From Piromyces finnis finn (lineage: Eukaryota; Fungi; Neocallimastigomycota), in assembly GCA_002104945.1 (NCBI GenBank), contig MCFH01000037.1, forward strand, positions 477,121-541,120: DNA of 64,000 bases, written 5' to 3'. How positions within the stretch are numbered: the first letter of the stretch is position 1; the number at the start of each line of letters is the position of its first letter. The translations under genes and the position numbers were made by a program. Shown here in pieces: positions 31,509 to 44,600 of this stretch. Below the pieces are notes generated by a model. The model searched no databases, was not told the origin of the DNA, and worked only from the letters and a program-made list of their open reading frames with translations.

Positions 31509-32537
31509 AAGTTTTTGATGAATATTATGTTTTTTTAAGTAATTAAAAAATATAGATAAAGAAAAAGATTTATTTTCAAAGGTTTCTAAGAAATGAAGAT
31601 ATTGTAATAACGGCTTTAATTCATATATTTATTTTTATATACGATGCAAACAGAAATATAAAAAAATAATTAAAATAAAAAAGCAAAAATAAATCAAAAA
31701 CAAAAATAAAAAAGTCAAGTTAAAAAGTCAAAAGAAAAACAAAATTAAAAAATTCAAAAAAAAAAAAAATTCAAAAAAAAATTCAAAAAAAAACCAAAAA
31801 AAAAAACCAAAAAAAAAAAAAGAAAAAAAAAGAAAAAAAAAATAAACAAAAACAATAACAAAAACAAAAAAAAAAAAACAAAAATATAAAAACATAAATA
31901 TATATATATATAACAAATTTTAATTTTTCAAATTCATCATTATTATTTCCAATTTCATTAATTTCAGCCATTTTTTTTTTTTTTTTTTTTTGATTTTTCT
32001 TTAGTTTTTATTTTGATTCTCTCTTTTTTTTTTTTTTTATAAATTATCTTTTTCCTACTAATGATGCTTAATATTATAATCATCAGTAAAGATATACTCA
32101 CATTAAAAAAAAAAAAAAAGGAAAAAGAAAAATAAAAACGAAATATATAATAATTACCATTAACCATTTAATACTTTTTTTTTTTATTTTTCTTAAAATC
32201 TATTATTAATTTTAAATTTTATACATTCTTTGTTTTTTGTTTATTGTTTTTTATTTTTTTATTTTTTTTTTTTTTATACTTTCTATATCATTATAAACAA
32301 TATTTATATTTTTTCTAATTAATTTATTAATACCATATTTTTAATACTAATAAATAACCATTTCCCCTTTTTTAAACTTTTAAATTAAAAAAATAAAAAA
32401 AATAAAAAAAAAAAAATAAAAAAAAAAATATAAAAAAAAATATAAAATGACTGGAAAAAAACTTGTTTCAATTCATATATTTTTAATTTGTGTTAATTTT
32501 TTTTTTTATATTTTTATAATAAAAAAACTGAATGCAA

Positions 32538-32576
<39 letters not shown>

Positions 32577-32723
32577 AAAAAAAGTCAAAGTTATGAATTT
32601 TAGATAAATAACAAATAAAAAATCTTTTGTTATTGATTTATTTTATTATATTATTCATTATATTTTATTTTTGATCCATTCCTTAATTTTTTTTTTTTTA
32701 TATTCTATTTACAAATTTTGATT

Positions 32724-33885
32724 CTATGGAGTTAAAAAGAGTATTAAAAATTCCACTAAATTTAAAAGTTCAAATAATAATGGTTATAATAATAATAACA
32801 ATAATAGGCATAGTAAAGAAAAAAAGAAAAAAATGTGTTATAATTAAAATATAGTTTAAATATATTAAATATTATATTATTTTTATATTTACATGCTCCA
32901 ATGGAAGAGGATGAGTTTTTGTCTTGATTAACATTAACATGACTGCATAGAACGGTTAAGGAGTTTAAAATAAATTGAAGAGTTTTATCAAATTCTTCAT
33001 TAATATGTTGATATTGCTTAAGAAGACGTTGTCTATTAGTTTCTTCCATATTTTTACGATGATAGTAAAGTTTTACTCGTTTTTGATATTCATATATGTC
33101 TTCTTGACTTTTTCTTTCTAAAAGACTTTCTTCTTCTGATGCATTAATATCATTTCCTTGAAATAGTTTTTTATTGTTAAGAGTGATTTCTGTAAAAATC
33201 AAACACATATTTAATATATCCTTAATATTTTTATGAATTATCTATTCATTTAGAAATTTTATAAAGGAAGATTATTTTTATTAATAAATATTAATAATAT
33301 TTATTTATTTTATAATGATTATAATTATAATTATAAATTACGGTTAAACTAATTAAACAATGCTCCCATATTTTTTTAACAAATTTGGAATGTTCTGTTT
33401 TAATACGATCAAAATTCTTATAGTTTACAATCTCTTCTTGAAATTCTTTTATATTATTATTTAAAACCTGTATTTATTGTAAGTATATGTTTTAATAGGT
33501 TATTTATATATATATATAGAATGATTAAATTTAAATTAAAAAGTTTATTTTTTTTTTTTACTTTATAATATTTCAAATATAAATTAATTTACCATATAAA
33601 AAACATAATTTTTTAAACCATTCACAAAATGAAGAAATTTCATTCTTAGACCAATTTTATAACCACATAATTTTGAAAGGGTATTATTTTCTGATAACAT
33701 TGGATTTCTTTTTTTATTCTGATGAATCCAATCATTAATAGTTAATGATTGAAATGCTATTTGTATAAACAATAAATAAGAAAATATATCATTATATTTT
33801 GCTAATGATTCCTTCGTAATGACATTATTTATTGGCCATGGCAACTATTAAAATATATTGAAAAAAAAATTTAGGTCTATTAGTT

Positions 33886-33918
<33 letters not shown>

Positions 33919-35349
33919 GAATCATTCTTATTAATTTTATATGAAAATATTATCTACATTAAAATTTAGTTTTATGTCAGGGAATAGATAACTTGAAATT
34001 TTTTCAGTTGGTATTGAGAGATAAATATTATTCATATAAATTTTCTTTTCCTTATTATTGATAGTTGATAAACTTTCCAAACAATCAATAAATACTGAGA
34101 ATAATTCATTAGATCTTTGCCAGACTAAATCATTTTTATTGATCTATTTTAAAATAAATTGTATTATCAATTAGCGTTATATGATATATAGATATATATA
34201 TTATGCCTAAGATTGTACTAAAATAATTATTATTTTTTAATAAAATTGACTTACCTTGTTGAAAATTATTTCAATAAATTTATGCCAAAAATCACCATTT
34301 TGTTGAAAATAAACATTTTGTAGAAGAGTAACATAATAAAATAAATGCTTATGCTTTTGTATTAAATTCACCAAAAGTTCAGAATAATATTGAAAAGGTG
34401 GTTGAATTGTTTTTTCAAATGAATTATATAAAATATTATCCATTGGTATCCAAGAAAATGATGAGTCTGTATATTTATTTGATAGATCTTTATAAAAATA
34501 AAAAAAGGTTTTAATATTCAATGATTAATAAATAATTAGTATTATCACCCAAGAGATCATAAAGATATTTTTTACTTACTTGAAAGAATTCCATCAATTT
34601 CAATATTATTTTTGGATATATTTTTCACAATTTGCATTTTATTTGGAAGATAAAAATCAATTATATCAGGATATATAGATTTTAGTTCATTAATATCCTT
34701 AGAGTAATTATCATCGTTATAAATTTCCATATCAATAATCATAGATTGATTATCATTATTTTTTGAGTTTATAGTATCATTGGCAATTATGTTAGATCTG
34801 GTATTCTGTTGAATAATATCTAGTATATCTTCTGTAGTATGTTCAATAGATGTCTCAGCATTATTTTTATTATCATTTGATATAATCATTTCTTCATTAT
34901 TTTTATTTTCCTTTAAAGAAATATCCATTGATTTTTCCTGATTTTCATTAATACTATTTATAAAACAAAAACACCATAATTCATAGAGTGTTGGAAAACC
35001 TTTTAAAAATGATGATTTTTCTTGAATATCCTATTTTTAATAAATATTGTATTAATTATAAAATATAAATATTTATTAATCAGCTTTTTTTTTTTTTTTT
35101 TTTTTTTTATATTCTAAAAATAACTTAGGATTTATGATTAAAATTTACTATTTTAAGATTCAATTCTTTTATTAAGTTAAAACTTTTTCCAGCTTCTAAA
35201 ATTTTTTGAACATAATCTTTTAAAAAGGTTGGATATATCTTTGTTTCATTAAATTCCTTAATATTATAATGAGATTCCCAAAAATCTGCTGAGTTGATAT
35301 CATTTTCAATATCTTGACTTCTACTCATACATAATTTTATATTTATAAT

Positions 35350-35392
<43 letters not shown>

Positions 35393-38083
35393 TATATTAA
35401 TTAATAAGAATACATTAATAATTTATTGATATTTTATTACATACTCTTGGATGAAAAATTCATTCATTGGATCATTAATAGTTCCTTCAAAAATCCAATT
35501 TTCTATAAAGGATATATATGGTTCTAGGGTATTTTTAAATATATTCATATAAATATTGAAAAGAACTTCATTTCTTATTAGAAAATACGATTTCATTTTC
35601 TCATACGTGAATAAAGTCAAAAATTAAAAGTTAAAGAAAATTAATTGTAATAAAGTTTTATAAATTTATATATTATTATTGTTAAAGGATATAAATTAAT
35701 TAATAAAAGACAAGCTTGAATAGTATTATTATATTTTAATTCTTAATATAATAAGAAATTAAATAATAAATAATAATAATATTTTAGTATTAAATATAAT
35801 AATCTTGAGCTTTATTTAAAAATTAATAATAAAATTATTTTTTGTTCAACTATACCATCTATTGATAATACACTGTTTAAGAAAATATGTAATTCTGATA
35901 GAACTGTAAGTATTAATGATAGTTCGTTTTTAATTGATAGAATAGTTGTAGTAGTTTTAGAAGACAATACTAATTTTTTATTATTTTTATTATTGATTAT
36001 TTTGTTAATATAAAAATCTTTTATATAATAATTTATTTTAATATACTAAAAAATTATCTATTTGTATATACCATTTTCTTTAATATAATTATTTTGAAAA
36101 TTTTCTTCTAAGTTTGATATTTTTTTATTTAAATAATTTAGTATTTCTGCTAGTGATGATGCAAAAGACTGCATTGTTTTAGAAACATGTTGATTAGGAT
36201 CTAACATACTATTATAGAATTTTAATATAAATAATTTTCCTTTTAATTTTGTATAAAATCTTTTAAATTCAAACTCAATAATTATTATTTTATTATTTCA
36301 TACTACCTTTTTGTAAATGAATGTAAATCTTTAATTTTTGATCCTTTATCTGCAAAATATTCAATAAGTTGGTTAATACAACTTGATGTCAAATGTTTCA
36401 GTGATAAATTTCTATTAATCTTTTTTTTTTTTTTAGAAAAAAAAAAGTTAAATTTATTATATTTTAATGAAAGATACATTTAATTTATACTTTCATTATA
36501 TTGCTTAATCTACCTCTACTTTATTGTATTTATCATATTTAAAAAATGCAGTATCATATCCCATTAACATAAACAATATTTCTCTGACAATATTTACTTC
36601 ATTTTCATAGCTTGATTTTAATAATAAATCGGGAATTATTTTGTTATTATCTCTAACTCCCTGTATAATTCCAATATCTTAAAAGTATGAACAACAATTT
36701 GTTAGTTTATTAATATAACTACATATATAGAGATATATGAATATTTTATTATTGCTACCAACAAGTAAATTTAATTTTAACAAATATTTATATATTTACC
36801 TAATGTATATGGATTTGAAATATCAAATCTTGTATTTACTGATATTTATAATATATATATTATATTTATTTTAATATTAAGAAAATAGTACAATAAATGT
36901 ATATTAAATATAATTATTTCTTACTTTCTTCTATTTTTATAATATTTTCTTGATTCCAATATTGACTTTTTCCAAAATTTTTTAAATTTCTCGATAATAT
37001 GTGCTAATTTTTTAATATAATTAAATTTTATAAATTTAAATTTAAATTTTCAGATACAAGTTGAGAAAAAAAAAAAAAAATAATAAAAATTTACAGATTT
37101 GAAATTATCCACATTTATATTATTGAAATGAATTGTTTCATTATTTAATTCTAAATTTTTACTAAAATTATCTTCATTTTCTCTTATAATATTTTTTTCG
37201 GTTAAAATTTCCCTTTCCGATTTAATAAATGAATCATTTTTCATCGTACAATTATCAATATATTCTGATTTTGTATCATATTCTGAATATTGTGTATCAG
37301 ATGAATCACTTGAATAGTTTGGAATTTGCCAATAATCTCCTGTCAAAGGATCTTCCTTTAATATGTCTTGCCATGTTAATTCTTTTTTATCAATATCTTC
37401 TTTAATTTCAAAGTAATGTGAATTGTAAAAAGCGCGAGTAGGTGATTTTGATAGATTTAATAGTAACATTAATATTTCTAATATTTTTGAATTTTTCTGT
37501 TTGAAAATTTATTAATAGTAAATCATTATTAAATGATTATAATAAAAAATATTTATTGTTATATTATTTATTATTATGGCTTCTGTTACTATAAAATTTA
37601 CCATTTGCATACTGTTTTTTTCGAGTAGTTTAAGAAGTTTTGTTAAATCTTCTGCACTTTTTTCTTGGGCAGAAATTTTAAACTTTTCAATAATACTTCA
37701 ACATTTAAAAAAATAAATTTGAATTTGATATAGTATTATATATTATGTTTTAAGATTTTTAAAATATAATTTATATCTATATTTTTATTATATGTATCTA
37801 CCCTTGATAAGAATCTCTAATATATGAAGCACTAGTCATTGTATAAGTGTTGAATCGTATTTTTGTAACCATACGTTTAGTTATATCTTTAAATTCCTTT
37901 GAATTTTTCTATTCATATATTTATTAAAATAACAAAATTACATTATTTAAATTAATATTTATGCTTATTATTATTATTATTTATTTTTTTAAAGCAAACC
38001 AAAATTTAATATACTTCTATGCAAGTTATTGCATATACTAATGGACTTAATTGTTCATAGTAATCTTGTTTAATTGTTGACAT
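32724..38083 (-). CDS. TUBGCP5: Gamma-tubulin complex component 5 (GCP5/Mod21-like); many exons, includes one AT-AC intron
   Basis: ATG at 38083. SYQGIIEKF, MLLLNLSKSP, EDPLTGDYWQIPNYSSDSSD (GCP5-type N-terminal signature); GRIP motifs VREILFMLMG, LEPYISFIENWIFEGTINDPMNEFFI, LPWPINNVIT..YNDIFSYLLFI; end LEFLILFLTP*. Confidence 0.82.
35616..35692 (-). other. U12-type (minor spliceosome) AT-AC intron in GCP5
   Basis: 5' end ATATCCTTT, branch TTCTTTAAC (35630-35638), 3' end TGAC. Removal joins ...LLLINF|LFTYEKMKSY in frame. No GT or AG exists inside the interval. Confidence 0.88.
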
Positions 38084-38577
38084 TTTTAAATATATTATTT
38101 ATAATTTATTAAGTTTTTTTTAAGAAGTTTATTTTTTATTTTCTATATTTTATATGTTATATATGTTATATTTTAAATTATGATATGTATGTTTTTTGTT
38201 AAATTTAAAATATATTAATGTAATTTAAATTTAAATATCTTCCATATAATGAAAGATATTTATAATTTGAATAAAAAAAGTTTAAAAAAAATCAATATTT
38301 TAAATTTTAAACCATAATATTTGTATTATATTTAATTTATTCTGTCCATTAAAAAAATGTATTTATATATAATTAATTAAACTTTTAAATATTAATTTAA
38401 TTAAATTAATATCTATAAATTTTATTTTTTTTTTTAACATATTGAAATTCTTTTTAAGTGGAAAGTATTATAGAAGAAACATTTTGAAGAATATTTAATT
38501 TTATTTATTTATTTTATTATATCTAAACATCTTATGAAAAATAAACGCCATAAGTAGTATTTTCATTGTTATTGAAT
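38084..38577. promoter_or_regulatory. Short (494 bp) divergent intergenic region between GCP5 and DNA-PKcs; putative bidirectional promoter
   Basis: Head-to-head start codons at 38083 (-) and 38578 (+). No specific motif identified. Confidence 0.5.
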
Positions 38578-39433
38578 ATGTCAGCTAATATAGATATACT
38601 AAGAAATTTACTGAATGAACTCTCAGTAATCAATAGAGATGTCAAATCCATTGCAATTGAAATTTACAATTTTCCATATAAAATGTTAAATAACAAAGAG
38701 ATTGGTAATTTTTAAATAAAAATATTATATTAAATATATAATATTAGGCAAAAATATTTCATTTTAAATTTCAATTTCAATTTAATCTAAATTTTAAAAT
38801 TAAAAGAAATTTGAATTTAATTTTTAATTTCATTACAACCTATATATATATTTCTATTACTAATTATATGCCATAAATAAAAGTTTATGCATTATCGCTG
38901 TTATTTAACAATGAAAATGGTATATTAGAATTTATAATAAAGACTATGAAGTATAAAGAACATGCATATTCTAGAAATGTTATCCTAAATTTAATTCATG
39001 ATTTATTGGAAAATTCTCCAAATTATTTAACTGAATATCTTGATAGAATTAGAGTAAAATTAAAATAATATTAAAATATATTAAAGCATTGAAGTTCCCT
39101 TCATTTCTTATTAGAAGAAATGAAAATTATTGCACTTAATTATACTTATTTATAATTTCCGTTATTCTTCTTATTATTATTATCTTCATTATATGTATAT
39201 ATTTTATATTTTGTATAAATAAATTTAGCGGGTTTCCGAAAATTTCTTTTTTACCGAAAAAACTGCTAGAACAATAAGTGCCTCATTTAAAATTTTGAAT
39301 ATATTATATAATCCAGAAAAAAAATTTTTATCTAAAGATAATATTCAACCTGGTGTATTATTTGAAAGGTTATATCCAAATATCTACAATATAAATTTTG
39401 CTTAGCAAGTTTTATAAATAAAATTTTTAATTA

Positions 39434-39465
<32 letters not shown>

Positions 39466-41592
39466 TATCCCCTTTTTTTAAAAATCTTAGATTCATGAAT
39501 AATTATGTTCAAAAATATACGAAATTAGCAACTTCAGGTTAATACAATATAGAATCATATTCCTTTTTTAAAATTTAAATATAATAATGATATTGAAAAA
39601 TAAAATATATATTTTTATTTTTATTAATGTAAATGCTATTTATTTTAATATCTAATAATATTAAACAGTTAAGTGTGATGTTATACAGTTTTTAGGAAAA
39701 TTAATTCAATACTATTCAGATGATATTCATGATAATCAAAAAAAGATTTATACTCGACATTGTATTCAAACTATAAATAGTTTCATAAAAAATCCAAAAT
39801 CTTTTGATGACTATGCTCTTATAACTAGCATTGTTTATGGTTTAAATTCTTATTTACATTCAAATAACGATATCATTAAAGAAGGTTCATTAAATTTCAT
39901 GACATAAATCAATATTTAAGAATTTTATAAAAATTATTGATTAGTAACATATATTATATATTATATATATAATATAGAAAACCCAGAATATATCACTATA
40001 ACAAATCTTATTAAAATAATTATATCTATTGATATTAATTCTCTTAATCGATATGAACAAATTAAAGGTTTTATAAATAATATATAAATTATAATTATGT
40101 CAATTTGCAAATTATGATTAGACTAAAATATTCTTGTATTTTTAAAAAGCATGCCTTCAATTTATTATCGATAATGGTCATTATATATCAAAGGTTTTAT
40201 TTAAAAATTGTATTTTATTTTTTGAATCCTTTTTAAAAATATGCAAACATCAAAATAGAGATTTACATAAATTAGGTTTTAACGCTATGGATTGTTTGTT
40301 AAATGAAGTAATAATACTTAATAATAAAATTAAATATAAAAATTTTTTATATGGTATACTAATAAAAAATTTTTATATTATACTAATTTTAGATTGTTAA
40401 TTATAGTGAAAATTATTCAGATGAAATTGAAGCTAAAAAGATATTTTGGGTAAATAATATAATTATAATACATCCTAATTTTTGTATAAAAAGTATTGTT
40501 ATTAATCCTAATTTTATATAATTTTAATATATGCTAAAGTACTTTATTGAATATTTCACAAATTCATTAAGAAAAGATGATGCAAGTACCAATGATATAT
40601 CGTTAGCAATTCGCGGCTACGGTTTATTTTCTGGACCTTGTAAAAAATATTTTAGTGAATCAGAATTTAATATAATTATAACTGAACTTTTAAAAAAAGC
40701 TGATTCTATATTTTCAAAGTAAGTAATATTATATTTGTAAAAAGGTGATATATTTATTTATTATATATTAATGATTATTATTGTTGAAGTGATAATTTAA
40801 ATGAAGAAATGTTTCTTCATTTTTCATCATTTTTACAAGCGTATCATTCCATATTGAAGGTTTCAGTGAATGTAGATAATGTTCTTTTAAAAGGAATAGG
40901 TATGATATATAAATTATATAATTATACATGGCTTAATAATAAATATTTAAATATAAATTTAAAAATATATTTTGATGAATTAATGTAGAGCTCATTATTA
41001 CGCAGCTTATGATTAGTTTTCAGTTAATAAATGAAAAATTAAGGTATATTAATTCTAAAGTTATACAACATATTCTATGGGAATTAAATAACAAATCCAT
41101 CATGGATTCATTTTTCTATAAAATTGGTAATTTTAATAAAATTATAAAAATAATTGCTAATAGAGGAAGGTTAAGATATTAATTACTATTTTTTTTATTA
41201 CTTATGGATATTTAGCAAATAACATATTAGTTTTAACATGCTTAGATAAAGAAAAACAGATTGAAACTCCGGAAGATGAAAATGCTATGGATATTGATGA
41301 TAAACCTACGAATGCTATTACAGTTATTAATGATATGATGAATGAAAATGATCATTCATATAATGATTATTATTATCAATTTTGGAAAATTATTCTTGAT
41401 AAAAGTAATTTACCTGAAAGAAAAATTTTTAAAATGGAAGATGATGATCTAATTGAAGATGAAAATAAAAGAAAACAATTTATTCAAAAAATTTATGATA
41501 TTATCATTCAAACAATAATAGATTTTCCAAAACATTTAAATTTAGCATTATACGATGTTGAAAATAACAATGAGGATATTGGTGATAAAGAA

Positions 41593-41657
<65 letters not shown>

Positions 41658-44600
41658 TAATAATAATAGTTCATCAGATAATAGTATACTTTTGTTAAAT
41701 GATAAAACTGGTACTGAAACGAATAGTAGTTCAAATGTTCAGACTTTAAAACCATATTGTATACGAGATTTTGATATTTTCATTAATTATGTTGAGTTTA
41801 CAAAATTAGTTCTTTTAGCAAGTAATACTCGATCTCTTTTTGAAAAATGGATATTTAACTTTGGAAAAGAAATTATTAATTTTTCCGAGAAATATCCATT
41901 AGTTAGTGGTTTTTATAAATTATTTGAATGCTGTTTAACTATTGCTGAAGATCTTCACTTTTTTAATGGAGTTCTGAAAAAGCAATTTATTGGGGAATCT
42001 CATAAGGTAAATATATTAGAAAGTTATATAAAGGAAGAATTTATTAAAAATATATTAATAAATATTTAGGGAATGATAAATGAAATAAACGAACCATATT
42101 CTGGAATTATACAAAGAACCTATATATTGTATACAAAGTATATTAATGAAATTATTATTAGAATGAAGCAATATAAAGATGATTTATTAGTTTCATGCTT
42201 AAAGTTAGTTCTTTCATCTCCTAATGAATTAATTTCATTGGAAGACTTTATGATGCCATTGAAAGTAATACTAAATCTTGGTATCAGTGAATAGTATGTT
42301 AAAATAATGTTTTTTTTATTATATATTACGAATAATTTTCAAATGGTTATTAATGTTATATTAATATAAGTTCATTAGCCAAACTTGGTTTAGACTTTTT
42401 TGAAAAGTGTCTTTCATATATCCCAAAAGAGAAAATGAAAAAATATTATAAAGAAATTTTCCCTCTTTTTAATAATTATTTGATTAATATTAATGAAAAT
42501 AAAGATGCTGAATTAGATGATTATATCTCAAATAATAAAATAAAAATGACAAAGGTATATTAAAGAATAATTTATATTATTATATAAATAAAATTTAAAA
42601 ATGCTTATGTAGTAATATTATTTTTATTCTTTCATTTTTTTAAAGAGAATTAATAAAAAAGAAAAAGAGATAATTGAAGAAACTAATATTAATATTAAGA
42701 TTAAAGTTTTAAAAATATTGGGTATGATTGGTGACGGTATTCAATATCTTTATTCTAATTTTGACATTAAGAACTATTTGAAATGGGATTCTGAAAATAG
42801 TATTTCCTTTGTTCTTCATTTTGTTGATTTTCAAACTGAAATTGATTTAGGTAATAAATATAATGTGAATAACATAGATTGAAACATATCAATTAATATC
42901 TAATTAATAATATAATTTTTTTTATTCAAAGATAAATTATTACCAAGAATACTAGAATTATCACAACATTCATCTAATAGAAAAGTAAAAATATGGGCTT
43001 GTGAATTATTACATTCCATAATCATATATATGGTGGGGCTAAATGCTCATCGTATTCGTGACAATTCTTCTATAAAAGAAAGTTATACAAACAGTTTTAA
43101 TAAATATTATTTAAAAATTTTCCCAGTCATTTTACAACTTTCTGTTGATATTGATAGAATTTCAAGAGATCTATTCTCATTATTAACTTTTCAGCTCATC
43201 CACTGGTTTACTAATAATTCATTAAATGATGATACTGAATCCATAGTATTGCTTGATTGTTGTTTCAATGCATCAATTAGTCAAGATGGACCATTAAGAG
43301 ATTATGGTACACAATGTATAAATGAATTTCTGATATGGACAATAAAACAAAATTTCGATGAAGTAATTTTTTTTTAAATATTATTAAATATATAATTTAT
43401 AATATTTAAAATTTTGTTATTTAATTTATATTTATAAAGAGTAAATTAATAGGAAATATCGAAGTATTATTAGAGAAGATTTATCAATATTGTCGTAATC
43501 CAAATCCATTTAAACGTTTAGGAGCTTCATTGATTTTTAATAAAATTTATGTTGAACTACGTGAAAATCAAAAAATTATAGATAAATTTTTATTTGAAAT
43601 TTTATATTATATACTTTATAATTTAAAGCTTTCTTATTACGACAAGGATGTCACTGGTATTATTATTATCTAAAAATATTAGTATATATAAAGTGTTTTA
43701 TTAACATATTTATTATTATATAAATAATTAAAAGAAACATCTGAGCAATGTAAGATTGCTATCAGTCATATTGTAAGAATAATAAAAAAGACATATTCAA
43801 TATTTATATTACCAAAAGAAAATAGAAATTCATTCCCTGGATTGAAAACAACAGATTTAAATTCTTTAATTAATTGGTTATTACATGAAACTGGTTCAGT
43901 AGAAGAAGTATATTCAAAGCAATGCATGGATTTGGTTATAATATTAAATTCATTACTTCCAGGTTCAAAAAAAATAATAAAATATAATAATATATATGAT
44001 TTATATATATTTATATGATAAATTTTTATTTTTTTATTGTTATTATATAATTATTAGAAAATTCCAAGTTAAATTTAAATGACTTATTTTTTGCAGACAA
44101 TAATATATTCAATGACATATATAAAATAGATGAATTAGTTGTGAAAGAAGATGAAAAAAAAATATTAATGAACAATAATTTCAAGTGGGCAGATCGACTT
44201 TCTATTTGTTTAGAGGGCTTTTCGTGGATAATTAAAAATGAATTAATGGAATCAAGTTTTATTTTCAAGAATAGACTAAATTGTGTTATTAATTCTATTG
44301 TATTTTTCATTAATTCAATATCTAGAAATGAAATTGAACAAAATGAAAATAATTTAGTTTTTTATTCAGTTAGCGAGATTTATAAATTGAATAATAAAAG
44401 ATTTAAAATTACAATTAAAATACTTTATTTTTTAAATCTATTGATTGAAAAATCAGTAGATTTAAAACATACATATAAAAATCTAATAGATAATTATATA
44501 TTATCAGATCAATTTATTAATCTATTAAATTGTTGTCTATTTAATACAAAAGTCTTAGGAAATGATTTAGAAGAAAAAGAAATACAAATAACATATTATA

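Noticed and set aside
31728-32167. Phe/Lys-rich ORFs 31728-31916 and 31964-32167
   Set aside because: They are translations of homopolymer tracts with no protein-like composition.
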